64,000 nucleotides of DNA, from contig JBIIBL010000003.1 of assembly GCA_044239425.1 (NCBI GenBank), forward strand, positions 3,370 to 67,369. Direction: 5' to 3'. The DNA comes from Crocinitomicaceae bacterium (lineage in GTDB: Bacteria > Bacteroidota > Bacteroidia > Flavobacteriales_D > Crocinitomicaceae). The notes under the pieces are model-generated. The model was not told where the DNA came from, made no database searches, and worked only from the letters and a program-made list of their open reading frames with translations. Positions 1 to 10,030 of this stretch are shown in pieces; position 1 is the stretch's first letter, and each line of letters starts with the position of its first letter. The translations under genes were made by a program, and so were the position numbers.

Positions 1-175
1 TGTTGATGATCAGTAGGGAATTTGCCGGCAAGTGCTTTGGCAAATTAAAATACTGATCGCTTGTCATTGTGTTTTCTTGATAAACAAGTAATTTACTGTT
101 ATGACGAGGCGTTACTGGGTAGCGAGCGATGCGCTCTTCTGGGAGTTGATAATCGAAATCGTCTATATTCGTCAT
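1..175 (-). CDS. queA: S-adenosylmethionine:tRNA ribosyltransferase-isomerase (QueA), N-terminal fragment cut by the window edge
   Basis: Manual minus-strand translation from the ATG at 175-173 gives MTNIDDFDYQLPEERIARYPVTPRHNSKLLVYQEN..., the typical QueA N-terminus (F-DY-LP-E-IA--P, SKLLV). It is absent from the ORF track because it is under 60 aa. Confidence 0.7.
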   Translation of the reverse strand, partial: MTNIDDFDYQLPEERIARYPVTPRHNSKLLVYQENTMTSDQYFNLPKHLPANSLLIIN

Positions 176-317
176 CTAAGTTGGAATTTTTGACAAAAAT
201 ATCAACAGATCGGGTAAGTTTGATTTAAATGAGCTCTATTTTTTTAGTTCCTTTGAACAATTACCCTTATTTATTGTCTATCAATGAGTTATTATACAAA
301 AGAACCCATTGTAAAGC

Positions 318-1865
318 ATGAAAATCGGAATTCCAGCTGAAATTTTTCAGGACGAAAAACGCGTTGCAGCAACACCCAAAACAGTAGAGCGCTTAATCAA
401 ACAAGGTTTTGAGGTATTCGTGGAACACAACGCAGGCAGTAAGTCTGGTTTTACAAATGAAGAATATGTCGCTTCAGGTGCTCATATTGTTGATACCCCC
501 AATGAGATTTTACAGCATTCAGCTATTATTTTAAAAGTAAAAGAACCCACATTAGAAGAGGTTGCTCAAATGCAATCCGGCACGGTTCTGATCAGTTATT
601 TACGACCTGCGCACAATAGTTCGCTACTCGAAAGTTTAAAAAACCAAAACATTAGTGCGTTTGCTGTGGATATCATTCCTCGGATTACTCGAGCACAAAA
701 AATGGATGTGCTATCCTCGATGGCGAATATTTCAGGTTACCGTGCGGTCATTGAGTCAGCCTTTCACTTTGGTCGCTTCCTGAACGGACAAATTACTGCC
801 GCGGGTAAGGTAGAGCCTGCTAAAGTTTTAGTGATCGGTGCAGGTGTAGCTGGTTTAGCTGCCATCGGTGCAGCCAATTCTTTAGGTGCTATAGTCAGAG
901 CCTTTGACACCAGAAAAGAAGTCGGAGAACAAATCAACTCAATGGGGGCGCAATTTTTAACTATTGATATCAATGAAGACGGCGCTACCGCTACCGGATA
1001 CTCCAAGGAAATGAGTGAGGAGTTCATTAAAGCGGAGATGCAACTCTTTTTGGAGCAAGCAAAAGAGGTCGATATTGTTATTACAACAGCTCAAATTCCT
1101 GGAAAAAAAGCCCCTCTGCTATGGCTAGATTATCATGTCGCTGCCATGAAGCCAGGATCAGTTATTGTCGATTTAGCTGCTGAAAGCGGTGGCAATTGTC
1201 AATTTACCCGAAATGGAGAGGTGTATACAACTGAAAACGGGGTCACAATAATTGGAAAAATCAATCAACTCCCCAAACAAGCTTCTCAACTTTACGGCAC
1301 AAATTTGTGTAATTTATTAGACGATTTAGGGAAAGCAGAGCAGTTCCGAATTGACATGAGTGATCCGATTGTTTCACAGGCCATGGTTACCCATCAAGGT
1401 AAAATCAACTGGCCCCCTATTCCACTTGCTGTTGCAACAAATACCGATGCAAAAAAGAAGGAACCCCAAGCCATCAAACAAGAAATTAAAGAGAATAAAG
1501 AAGAACTCAAAGCAAGCAAAAAACTGAAGTCGACACTTGTTTCGCTCGTGTTACTTGCTTTGCTATTGATCGTCATCGGTCAAACTGCTCCGGTAGAATT
1601 CATTCAACACTTCACCGTATTTGTCTTGGCTGTATTTGTGGGGTGGCAAGTCATACACAATGTTTCTCATGCGCTGCATACACCTTTAATGGCCGTAACG
1701 AATGCCATCAGTGGTATCATCGTTATTGGTGGTCTGCTACAAACAAAAAATGAAATTGATAATATATTGACTGTTTTATCATTTACGGCTGTTTTAGTAG
1801 CTACCATCAATATCGTGGGCGGATTTGTAGTCTCGCACCGAATGTTAAAAATGTTTAAAAAATAA
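318..1865 (+). CDS. pntA: NAD(P) transhydrogenase subunit alpha (fused dI plus N-terminal dII helices)
   Basis: 515 aa with an alanine-dehydrogenase/PNT-like N-terminus ([16 protein letters not shown]) and a Rossmann motif [12 protein letters not shown]-terminal TM helices are present, and pntB follows 1 nt later. Confidence 0.93.
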   Translation: MKIGIPAEIFQDEKRVAATPKTVERLIKQGFEVFVEHNAGSKSGFTNEEYVASGAHIVDTPNEILQHSAIILKVKEPTLEEVAQMQSGTVLISYLRPAHNSSLLESLKNQNISAFAVDIIPRITRAQKMDVLSSMANISGYRAVIESAFHFGRFLNGQITAAGKVEPAKVLVIGAGVAGLAAIGAANSLGAIVRAFDTRKEVGEQINSMGAQFLTIDINEDGATATGYSKEMSEEFIKAEMQLFLEQAKEVDIVITTAQIPGKKAPLLWLDYHVAAMKPGSVIVDLAAESGGNCQFTRNGEVYTTENGVTIIGKINQLPKQASQLYGTNLCNLLDDLGKAEQFRIDMSDPIVSQAMVTHQGKINWPPIPLAVATNTDAKKKEPQAIKQEIKENKEELKASKKLKSTLVSLVLLALLLIVIGQTAPVEFIQHFTVFVLAVFVGWQVIHNVSHALHTPLMAVTNAISGIIVIGGLLQTKNEIDNILTVLSFTAVLVATINIVGGFVVSHRMLKMFKK

Positions 1866-1866
1866 C

Positions 1867-3273
1867 ATGCACATCGCCAAAGAATTACAAACCGTCGCTT
1901 ACTTGTTCGCAAGTATTCTATTTATTCTCAGTTTAAGTGGCTTGTCGTCGCAAGCAACAGCAAAAAGAGGCGTGCTCTACGGTATTGCAGGAATGGTGAT
2001 CGCCGTTGTTGCTACTATTCTCGGCGCTGGAGTAGAGGGGCATGTCTACATCTTATTGGCCATTGGTATAGCCTCTGTGATCGGATTCATCGCGGCACGA
2101 AAAGTCGAAATGACCTCGATGCCTCAGTTGGTGGCCATACTGCACAGTTTTGTCGGACTCGCCGCCGTTCTTGTAGGCGTAGGTTCTTACCTAGACCATG
2201 CCACGTTTAGCTCTAACGCTGCCCATATCATTCATTTAGTTGAGGTGTATATCGGAGTATTTATTGGTGCTGTAACGTTCACAGGTTCGATCATTGCCTG
2301 GGGTAAACTCGAAGGAAGAATTTCGTCCAAACCATGGAGTTTTAAAGGTCTTCAATACCTGAATTTTACCGTATTCATTTTGATTGCAATCCTTGGCGTC
2401 TTCTTTTGCGCTCAAGTTGCATTAGATGGCGTTCTTTTATTAGGCATCATGTTTATCTTGTCTTGTTTTCTGGGGGTTTCTTTGGTTATGGCAATTGGCG
2501 GCGGCGATATGCCTGTGGTGGTCTCTATGCTCAACTCCTATTCAGGATGGGCTGCTTCAGCTGCTGGTTTTATGTTAGGCAACGACTTACTGATCGTAAC
2601 TGGAGCGCTCGTCGGAAGCTCAGGAGCTATCCTCTCCATTCACATGTGTGAGGCCATGAACCGCTCGTTCTTCTCCGTTATTTTCGCTAGTGGTACCTCA
2701 ACTCAACAATCAGGTGAAAGATCCGTAATAGATGGTGAAGTCACTGCCATTGAACATGAAAATGTGGCGTCGAATCTCTTATTAGCCAACTCAGTTGTTA
2801 TTGTACCCGGTTATGGAATGGCTGTAGCCAAAGCACAATACCCCATTTTTGAGCTCACACAAATGTTGCGCAACAAAGGCAAAAAGGTCCGTTTTGCAAT
2901 TCATCCTGTTGCCGGACGCCTACCCGGTCATATGAATGTTTTGCTTGCGGAAGCCAACGTGCCTTACGATATCGTTTGCGATATGGAGGAGATCAACGAA
3001 GATATCTCAGAAACTGATGTAGTACTTGTTGTGGGTGCTAATGATGTTGTGAATCCGAGTGCCCAAGATGATCCAATAAGTTCTATTTACGGAATGCCCG
3101 TAATAGAGGCTTGGCGCGCCAAACAAGTTGTGATCATGAAAAGATCAATGAGCGTTGGTTATTCAGGCGAAGACAACCCTCTTTTCTACAAATCAAATGC
3201 AGAAATGCTCTACGGAGATGCAAAAACCAGCGTTGAGAAACTCAATTATTTCCTTAAAGATAAAATTGAATAA
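1867..3273 (+). CDS. pntB: NAD(P) transhydrogenase subunit beta
   Basis: 468 aa with a polytopic N-terminal half. The C-terminal dIII NADP(H) domain carries [29 protein letters not shown] and GANDVVNP. Confidence 0.93.
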   Translation: MHIAKELQTVAYLFASILFILSLSGLSSQATAKRGVLYGIAGMVIAVVATILGAGVEGHVYILLAIGIASVIGFIAARKVEMTSMPQLVAILHSFVGLAAVLVGVGSYLDHATFSSNAAHIIHLVEVYIGVFIGAVTFTGSIIAWGKLEGRISSKPWSFKGLQYLNFTVFILIAILGVFFCAQVALDGVLLLGIMFILSCFLGVSLVMAIGGGDMPVVVSMLNSYSGWAASAAGFMLGNDLLIVTGALVGSSGAILSIHMCEAMNRSFFSVIFASGTSTQQSGERSVIDGEVTAIEHENVASNLLLANSVVIVPGYGMAVAKAQYPIFELTQMLRNKGKKVRFAIHPVAGRLPGHMNVLLAEANVPYDIVCDMEEINEDISETDVVLVVGANDVVNPSAQDDPISSIYGMPVIEAWRAKQVVIMKRSMSVGYSGEDNPLFYKSNAEMLYGDAKTSVEKLNYFLKDKIE

Positions 3274-3281
3274 ATTAGCTC

Positions 3282-3902
3282 ATGAAAAAACGAATGTCTA
3301 GCGTCATTTTCGGCTTGTTTTTGTCATCAACAATCCTGATGGCTCAATCAAGTAACTTCTCTCTTTACAACCAATATCGCAATCAAATAGATCAACAGCT
3401 CATGGTTGGGCTAGGTTCATGGGCTACTTCAAATTTCGTGCTTAGCGGCATTGGATGGAGTCAAGCTCAAACACAAAAGGAACTCTATTTTCATCAAATG
3501 AATGTTTTTTGGAACGTCGTCAATATAAGTTTGGCGGTTCCGGGTTTTCTGAAAGCACATAAGACCGATTCCGATTTAAGCGAAGAAAAGACAATTCTAG
3601 CGCAACGTAAAACCGAACAAATTTTTCTTTTGAATACTTGCTTAGATGTGGCCTATATGTCAAGTGGTGTACTACTGATGCAACGCGCACAACAATTCGG
3701 CATACAAGAAACACAAGGCCAGCGTTTGAACGGCTACGGCAAGAGCCTGCTTGTGCAGGGCGGTTTTCTATTCCTATTTGATCTTACCGCTTATTGTGTG
3801 CACAAAAAACATGGTAGCGCTTTGATTTCTAACTCAATGGGAAAAATAAGTATGAGTTCATCTGGACTTGGTTTGAGTTGGCATATAAAACCTATCAAAT
3901 AA
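3282..3902 (+). CDS. hypothetical membrane protein with signal peptide
   Basis: 206 aa. The N-terminus MKKRMSSVIFGLFLSSTILMAQ looks like a signal peptide and several hydrophobic segments follow. It starts 8 nt after pntB. No family recognised. Confidence 0.6.
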   Translation: MKKRMSSVIFGLFLSSTILMAQSSNFSLYNQYRNQIDQQLMVGLGSWATSNFVLSGIGWSQAQTQKELYFHQMNVFWNVVNISLAVPGFLKAHKTDSDLSEEKTILAQRKTEQIFLLNTCLDVAYMSSGVLLMQRAQQFGIQETQGQRLNGYGKSLLVQGGFLFLFDLTAYCVHKKHGSALISNSMGKISMSSSGLGLSWHIKPIK

Positions 3903-3967
3903 ATCTTATGGCTAGAAAGCCTATTAAAGTCATAATCTCTGCTTAGCTTTGCGCCAAACTTGTCCGC

Positions 3968-5293
3968 ATGACTTTTCGCGATTTAAATTTGAAGAAACCT
4001 ATTTGGAATGCACTCGATGACCTCGGTTACGAAACGCCAACCACCATTCAGGCCTCTGGTTTCAATGTCATGATGTCTGGTGCAGATACCATTGGTATTG
4101 CACAGACAGGTACAGGTAAAACACTTGCTTATTTACTGCCTTGCTTATGTATGTGGAAATTTTCGAAAGAACCGCATCCACAAATTTTGATCCTTGTGCC
4201 TACCCGCGAATTGGTGGCGCAGGTGGTCAGTGAGGTCGAAAGACTGACCACTTACATGAATGTGGCGGTTGGCGGCGTTTATGGCGGTACCAACATGAAT
4301 ACACAAGCGGCAATGGTCTTGCAGGGCTTAGACATCCTTGTAGGCACTCCCGGACGCGTTCTAGACTTAGCCAAAAGTGGTTCTTTGCAATTGAAGCATA
4401 TCAAAAAAGTGGTGATCGATGAAGTCGATGAAACCCTGAGCTTAGGGTTCAGGCCACAACTCTTTCATATTTTTGAATTTTTACCAACGAGAAAACAGTT
4501 CATGGTTTTTTCAGCAACGCTTTCAGAGGAAGTTTCATTGTTTTTGGAAGATTATCTCATCAAGCCTGTTCGCGTAGAGGCAGCGCGTGCTGGATCTACT
4601 TTGGACAAAATTGACCAATCGGGTTACCACGTACCGAATTTCTTGTCTAAGATCATGTTATTGCAACATCTACTAGACCACACCCCTTTAGAAGCAAAAG
4701 TTTTGGTATTTGTATCTTCTCGTGCACTTGCCGATCTCGTCTTTGAAAAAATAGAACCGAGCTACAGCGACACCCTCGGGATCATCCACTCCAACAAAGC
4801 ACAGAACTTCCGTTTTGAAGCGGTACAGGCTTTTCAAGCGGGCACCACCCGCATTTTGATTGCCACCGACCTCATTGCCCGCGGTATTGACGTCACGGAT
4901 GTATCTCATGTCATCAACTTCGATATTCCTGAAACTACCGAAAACTATATTCACCGCATTGGTAGAACCGGCCGCGCGGATAAAAATGGCATCGCCATTA
5001 CGTTCATCAGTGAAAAAGATCTTGACATCCTGAATGCGATCCAAGAACTGATGCAAAAAGAAATTCCTATTATGGAAGTTCCGGCTGAGCTAGAATGGAG
5101 CACAGAATTGCTCGAGTTTGAGAAACCTAAATTGGCCATTCCGGGCAAAGTGCTCAAACTCGCTTCTCGCGACGACAGAGGCGCTTCTTTTCACGAGAAA
5201 AAAGCGAAAAACAAGAAAGTCAATGTGCGCTACGATCACAAAAAAGCCATGCAAGAAAAGTACGGCAAGCCTAAAAAGAAGCGTCAGAAATAA
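3968..5293 (+). CDS. DEAD-box ATP-dependent RNA helicase
   Basis: Q-motif (TPTTIQ), Walker A AQTGTGKT, DEVD box, SAT and HRIGRTGR are present, with a basic Lys-rich C-terminal tail. Confidence 0.92.
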   Translation: MTFRDLNLKKPIWNALDDLGYETPTTIQASGFNVMMSGADTIGIAQTGTGKTLAYLLPCLCMWKFSKEPHPQILILVPTRELVAQVVSEVERLTTYMNVAVGGVYGGTNMNTQAAMVLQGLDILVGTPGRVLDLAKSGSLQLKHIKKVVIDEVDETLSLGFRPQLFHIFEFLPTRKQFMVFSATLSEEVSLFLEDYLIKPVRVEAARAGSTLDKIDQSGYHVPNFLSKIMLLQHLLDHTPLEAKVLVFVSSRALADLVFEKIEPSYSDTLGIIHSNKAQNFRFEAVQAFQAGTTRILIATDLIARGIDVTDVSHVINFDIPETTENYIHRIGRTGRADKNGIAITFISEKDLDILNAIQELMQKEIPIMEVPAELEWSTELLEFEKPKLAIPGKVLKLASRDDRGASFHEKKAKNKKVNVRYDHKKAMQEKYGKPKKKRQK

Positions 5294-5294
5294 G

Positions 5295-6758
5295 TTAGGA
5301 CAGCCCTTTGAGCAGGTTATCGTACAAATCATTAAAAGAAAGGCCGTCGGCAGTTTTGGTTTTGGACAATTGCTTAAATTCGACAAGCGCCCAAAGTACA
5401 AACTCCATTAAAAATGGAAGGTCTTGCACCGCTACATTTGGCTGATACTTTTCAATGAGCTCTTTTAATGGATCAATTTGCAGCAAGGTTTTTTCGTGCA
5501 GTGCACTCCCCTGCTCATCGGGCAATTCAAAAGAATTAGCGTTGTAAAACCAACTCAAAACCGCATCATATGGTGTTTTGTCGTCGCGTTTTTTCAACTT
5601 TTCAATTTTAGGAAAATACGTTAAAAAGAGCGTCTTTATGGCCTCGCTGATGAGCTGATTCGCTACAAAAGCGGTTCCTTCTTGCTCGCCTTCATAAACC
5701 AACTCTACCTTTCCTGTAATGGATGGCACCATGCCCATGAGGTCACTGAAGCGGATGCTCGTTTGGCTTTCGTTATTGAGAATCGCGCGTCTTTCGGCTG
5801 TACTGATCAGGTTTTCGTAGGCCGTGATGCTCATACGGGCGCTCACGCCACTTTTGTAATCGATGTAAGGGCTCACGCGCGCTTCAAAAGCAACTTGCTC
5901 TAAAATATCTTTGGCGAGTTCTGGTACGTGCACCTTACAAAAACGATTTTCTAGCTTTTCGGCTTCTTGAGCTGTGATCTTCTTAGCGGTTTTGATATCT
6001 GCAGCGTAGTGCGTTAGAATTTGCGAACCAATGCGGTCTTTGAGCGGTGTAATGATGCTGCCGCGGTTGGTGTAGTCTTCGGGATTGGCCGTAAATACAA
6101 ACTGAAGATCTAGTGGCAGCCTGAGTTTAAAGCCGCGGATTTGGATGTCGCCTTCTTCTAAAATATTGAAGAGTGCTACCTGAATGCGGGCTTGTAAATC
6201 TGGGAGTTCGTTAATGACAAAAATACAGCGGTTGGCGCGTGGGATCATGCCAAAATGCAAAACGCGATCATCGGCATAGCTGAGCTTGAGATTGGCCGCC
6301 TTAATGGGGTCGATGTCGCCAATGAGGTCGGCGATGGTGACGTCGGGTGTAGCGAGTTTCTCAAAAAACCTTTCAGAACGGTGCAACCAAGTGATGGGCG
6401 TGTCGTCGCCTTTTTCGGCAATGAGGTCTGTGGCAAAGCGGCTGAGGGGCTGCAATGGATCGTCGTTGATTTCGCTCCCCGCCACAACCGGAATGTATTC
6501 GTCTAGCAAGTGCAAGAGCAAGCGCGCAATTCTGGTTTTACCTTGCCCGCGCAAACCCAATAAATTGATGTTGTGCTTGGATAGAATGGCGCGTTCCAAT
6601 TGCGGAATAACGGTGTGTTCATAGCCGTGCATGTTAGGGAAACTTGGTTTGCCCGCTTTGAGTACCGCAATAAGGTTGTCGCGGAGTTCATTTTTGATGC
6701 TTTTGGGTGTGTAACCAGCTGCTTTGAGGTCAGCGAGAGTATAAATGGTATTTTGCAT
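5295..6758 (-). CDS. AAA+ ATPase, Mg-chelatase ChlI/BchI-like (uncharacterised subfamily)
   Basis: 487 aa with Walker A GLRGQGKT and Walker B region CIFVINELPDL (Asn in place of the usual Asp). Sensor-1 is FTANPEDY and an Arg-finger region is PLKDRIGS. It lies 2 nt downstream of a vWA gene. Confidence 0.75.
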   Translation of the reverse strand: MQNTIYTLADLKAAGYTPKSIKNELRDNLIAVLKAGKPSFPNMHGYEHTVIPQLERAILSKHNINLLGLRGQGKTRIARLLLHLLDEYIPVVAGSEINDDPLQPLSRFATDLIAEKGDDTPITWLHRSERFFEKLATPDVTIADLIGDIDPIKAANLKLSYADDRVLHFGMIPRANRCIFVINELPDLQARIQVALFNILEEGDIQIRGFKLRLPLDLQFVFTANPEDYTNRGSIITPLKDRIGSQILTHYAADIKTAKKITAQEAEKLENRFCKVHVPELAKDILEQVAFEARVSPYIDYKSGVSARMSITAYENLISTAERRAILNNESQTSIRFSDLMGMVPSITGKVELVYEGEQEGTAFVANQLISEAIKTLFLTYFPKIEKLKKRDDKTPYDAVLSWFYNANSFELPDEQGSALHEKTLLQIDPLKELIEKYQPNVAVQDLPFLMEFVLWALVEFKQLSKTKTADGLSFNDLYDNLLKGLS

Positions 6759-6760
6759 GA

Positions 6761-7870
6761 TCAGTTGATACGTTTTTTGCGGTTGGTTTGATAATCGTGA
6801 AAGATCATTTCTCCGAGACCCTTGAGCCCCGTAAAAAAAGCTTTTCCGTTATTGGTTTTGGTAAATTCTTCTACAAAAGCCTGTAAATAGGGGTCTTGGG
6901 CAATCATAAAAGTGGTGATCGGGATGTGTAACTTGCGGGCTTGTGCAGCCATGGTGTAGCATTTGTCTACGATATACTGATCGAGGCCATTGCTGTTCTT
7001 GTAATATTGACCATCGGGCAGGCGCAAACAACTAGGCTTGCCGTCGGTGATCATGAAAATTTGCTTGTTGGTATTGCGCTTTCGGCGCAAGATATCCATG
7101 GCGAGCTCTAAGCCAGCTACAGTGTTGGTATGATACGGACCTACATTGAGATAAGGCAAGTCTTTGATTTGGATGGGCCAGGCGTCGTTGCCAAACACAA
7201 TGATATCAATGGTGTCTTTCGGATAAGTGGTGGTAATGAACTCTGCGAGCGCCATGGCCACCTTTTTGGCAGGCGTAATGCGGTCTTCACCGTAGAGGAT
7301 CATGCTGTGGCTGATATCGATCATAAGGACCGTGCTCATTTGAGATTTGTGATGGGTATCTTCCACAACTAAATCGCGCTCGTCTAACACAAAATGCTCC
7401 GCTCCATGATTGATCTGGGCATTTTTGAGACTTTCCGTCATGGAAATGCTTTCGAGCGCATCGCCAAATTGGAAGTTGCGAAATTCGCCGGTGGCTTCGT
7501 CGCCTTGGCCTGTTCTCTTGGAATGGTGGTTGCCCCTACCGCTTTTTCTAATGTTGCCAAAGATCTGAGCCATTGCGTTTTTGCGAATGGCGCGTTCGGT
7601 TTTGGCGGTAATGCTGAGCTCCCCTTGCCCATCTGGCTTGATTTCTTCTCTGAGGTAACCTCTTTTCTTGAGGTCCTCGATGAAATCTTCTAGGGTATAT
7701 TCAGGGGTAGTTAAATTGTATTCCTTGTCTAGAATTTTCAACCAATCTAGAGCTTCGTCGACGTCGCCTGAGGTATGGGTAATGAGTTCGCTAAAAATGT
7801 CGAATAGTTTGTCAAATGGAGATTGCTGTGGGGCGACATAAGGAGTGAATACATAACCGGATTGAGCCAT
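6761..7870 (-). CDS. von Willebrand factor type A (vWA) domain protein
   Basis: 369 aa. The MIDAS motif D-I-S-H-S (LMIDISHSM) is intact, with downstream Thr (HTNT) and Asp (ITDG) ligands. The helical N-terminal region is typical of the vWA partners of ChlI-like ATPases. Confidence 0.8.
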   Translation of the reverse strand: MAQSGYVFTPYVAPQQSPFDKLFDIFSELITHTSGDVDEALDWLKILDKEYNLTTPEYTLEDFIEDLKKRGYLREEIKPDGQGELSITAKTERAIRKNAMAQIFGNIRKSGRGNHHSKRTGQGDEATGEFRNFQFGDALESISMTESLKNAQINHGAEHFVLDERDLVVEDTHHKSQMSTVLMIDISHSMILYGEDRITPAKKVAMALAEFITTTYPKDTIDIIVFGNDAWPIQIKDLPYLNVGPYHTNTVAGLELAMDILRRKRNTNKQIFMITDGKPSCLRLPDGQYYKNSNGLDQYIVDKCYTMAAQARKLHIPITTFMIAQDPYLQAFVEEFTKTNNGKAFFTGLKGLGEMIFHDYQTNRKKRIN

Positions 7871-7924
7871 CTAATTTGCTTTTAAACTTAAACACAAGTG
7901 AGCCTAGAAAGTTTAGTTAGATAG

Positions 7925-8146
7925 CTACCTCTTTCGCATCATTTCCAAATACATCGACTCTACTTTGTTTCTAGCCCATGCTGTGCGACGCAGAAAAACC
8001 AAACTAGATTTAATGGACGGATCGCTTTTGAAACAATTGATATTGACCTTGAAAGCCATATGCTCCCAACCGTAGTTCTCTACTAAGGCATCCAGCATAT
8101 CGGCTAATTTGACGCCATGCAAAGGATTGTTGGGTTGTTCTTGCAT
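7925..8146 (-). CDS. VF530/DUF2132-family small protein (putative DNA-binding four-helix protein)
   Basis: 73 aa. NPLHGVKLADMLDALVENYGWEHMA..INCFKSDPSIKSSLVFLRRTAWARNKVE matches the conserved DUF2132 pattern as I remember it. Confidence 0.65.
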   Translation of the reverse strand: MQEQPNNPLHGVKLADMLDALVENYGWEHMAFKVNINCFKSDPSIKSSLVFLRRTAWARNKVESMYLEMMRKR

Positions 8147-8149
8147 GAA

Positions 8150-8515
8150 TTATTGCTTTTGCAATTTATGGTAAGAGGTATAGGAAAGAAACAAAATACC
8201 CATTGCAATAAACGGAAAAACACTCTCTCCATTGATGCCATCTACTGCGCCATGACTAATAGCGGCAAAAATGAAATCAAAAACAAAGCCGGCATAAGCC
8301 CATTCTTTGAGTGTTTTGGGTACTTGAGGAATGATGAGCGCCAATGCACCCATTACTTTAAACACAACGAGCGCTGCACCAAAATAAGCTGGATAGCCCA
8401 AATGTGCAATGCCTTCTTTGGCCATTTCGGACTGTGATGTAAGGGCAGGCATGAGGCCTTCGAATAAAAAAATGAGCGTGGTAGTTACCCAGTAGATGAT
8501 TTTGGTTGTTTTCAT
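8150..8515 (-). CDS. DoxX-like family membrane protein
   Basis: 121 aa with four predicted TM helices. Size and pattern fit a small DoxX_2-type protein. It ends 3 nt upstream of the VF530-like gene. Confidence 0.6.
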   Translation of the reverse strand: MKTTKIIYWVTTTLIFLFEGLMPALTSQSEMAKEGIAHLGYPAYFGAALVVFKVMGALALIIPQVPKTLKEWAYAGFVFDFIFAAISHGAVDGINGESVFPFIAMGILFLSYTSYHKLQKQ

Positions 8516-8618
8516 AAAGCAGATTTGTATATAAATTTACATTAAAACAAAGATACGATTGTTCCTTTAATGAAGCCAAATACAGCTGGTTTTCCTTATT
8601 GAATACGAACAAATCTAT

Positions 8619-8636
8619 TTACAGAACGTTCTGTAA
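8619..8636. promoter_or_regulatory. perfect 18-bp palindrome TTACAGAAC|GTTCTGTAA, candidate operator
   Basis: Read directly from the sequence: 9+9 with no spacer. It ends 23 nt upstream of the aldehyde dehydrogenase ATG (8660), in the divergent region shared with the DoxX gene. Confidence 0.4.
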
Positions 8637-8659
8637 GCTATACTATTAGACCTTCCGAC

Positions 8660-10030
8660 ATGACGTACACAGCAACCCTTCAAAACCAACGCGACTACTT
8701 TAAGGCGCAGCATACCAAACCATTGAGCGCTAGGCAAACTGCACTGCGCAGCTTCAGGCAAATGTTGATAGAAAACGAAGCCAAATTATACGCTGCCGTA
8801 CAAGCCGATTTTGGAAAGTCCGAACACGAGGCTTTTCTGACCGAATGGGCCATTTTGATCAAAGATATAGACGAAGCATTGGGGTCTTTGAAAAACTGGA
8901 CCAAACCCCAAAAGGTGCGCACCAATTTAGTCAACTGGCCAGGAAAGTCCTTTACGATCGCTGAGCCCTTGGGGCAATGTTTGGTCATTGGCGCCTGGAA
9001 CTACCCTATTCAGTTGTCGTTTGCACCAGTGATTGCGGCATTGGCGGCTGGCAATACCGTTATTCTGAAACCCTCTGAACTAGCAGCCAACTGCGCACAA
9101 TGCATGGCCGATATCGTAGCTGCGTATTTTAGCCCGAAACTTTTTACAGTCGTGCAAGGTGGCATTGCAGAAACAAGCGCTTTACTGGAAACCCGCTTTG
9201 ACAAAATATTTTTTACTGGCAGCCCTGCAGTTGGGCGCATTGTGTATCAGGCAGCAGCCAAGCACCTCACGCCTGTCACACTTGAACTTGGTGGCAAAAG
9301 CCCTGCTATTCTGACGCCGAGTGCCAACCTGCCCGTGGCGATCAAACGCCTCGTGTGGGCCAAATTCTTAAACGCCGGACAAACTTGCATTGCACCCGAC
9401 TACGTATTTGTCCATGAAAGTGTTTATCGCGAATGCCTGAACTTATTCCAGGAAGAAATTGAAAAAAATCAATATGCGCTAGCCAACAAAAACTACGTTC
9501 AAATTATCAATGAACGCAATTTAGCGCGCTTGGAGAACCTACTTGACAAAGATAAAATTGCATTTGGTGGAGCAATCAATCATACCAACAGGACGATTTC
9601 ACCTACCCTGCTCAAAGATGTCGGTTTCGACGACGCCATTATGCAAGAAGAAATCTTTGGGCCCATCCTTCCGCTCATCCGCTACACACATTTCGAAGAA
9701 GTACTGAGCTATATTCAAGACCACGAAAAACCGTTGTCGGCATATCTTTTCTCCAACGACCAAGCAGAGCAAGAATCTTGGCTAAACCGCTTGTCTTTTG
9801 GTGGCGGTTGTATCAATGATGCCCTTATGCACATCACCAACCCGAATTTGCCTTTTGGCGGCGTCGGACAAAGTGGAACCGGTAGTTACCACGGCAAGGC
9901 AGGATTTATAACTTTTTCACATCTGAAGTCTGTTTTCAAGAAACCCAACATATTTGAAGTACCTTTGAAATATCCACCCTATACTCAAACCAAAATGGAC
10001 TGGATCAAACGCTTACTCAAATTCTCATGA
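8660..10030 (+). CDS. aldehyde dehydrogenase, class-3 / fatty-aldehyde-dehydrogenase-like
   Basis: 456 aa with catalytic Glu context LELGGKSP and catalytic Cys context GQTCIAPDY. EEIFGPILP is present, and the size is typical of ALDH3-type enzymes. Confidence 0.88.
   Translation: MTYTATLQNQRDYFKAQHTKPLSARQTALRSFRQMLIENEAKLYAAVQADFGKSEHEAFLTEWAILIKDIDEALGSLKNWTKPQKVRTNLVNWPGKSFTIAEPLGQCLVIGAWNYPIQLSFAPVIAALAAGNTVILKPSELAANCAQCMADIVAAYFSPKLFTVVQGGIAETSALLETRFDKIFFTGSPAVGRIVYQAAAKHLTPVTLELGGKSPAILTPSANLPVAIKRLVWAKFLNAGQTCIAPDYVFVHESVYRECLNLFQEEIEKNQYALANKNYVQIINERNLARLENLLDKDKIAFGGAINHTNRTISPTLLKDVGFDDAIMQEEIFGPILPLIRYTHFEEVLSYIQDHEKPLSAYLFSNDQAEQESWLNRLSFGGGCINDALMHITNPNLPFGGVGQSGTGSYHGKAGFITFSHLKSVFKKPNIFEVPLKYPPYTQTKMDWIKRLLKFS

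Noticed and set aside
186-200. A 15-nt palindrome ATTTTTG-A-CAAAAAT upstream of pntA, and a nearby TAAGTTTG (215-222) resembling the Bacteroidota -7 promoter element TAnnTTTG with TTTG 22 nt upstream.
   Set aside because: The motifs are AT-rich and short enough to arise by chance in an AT-rich spacer. The spacing is one nt outside the usual 19-21. I cannot support it without TSS data.
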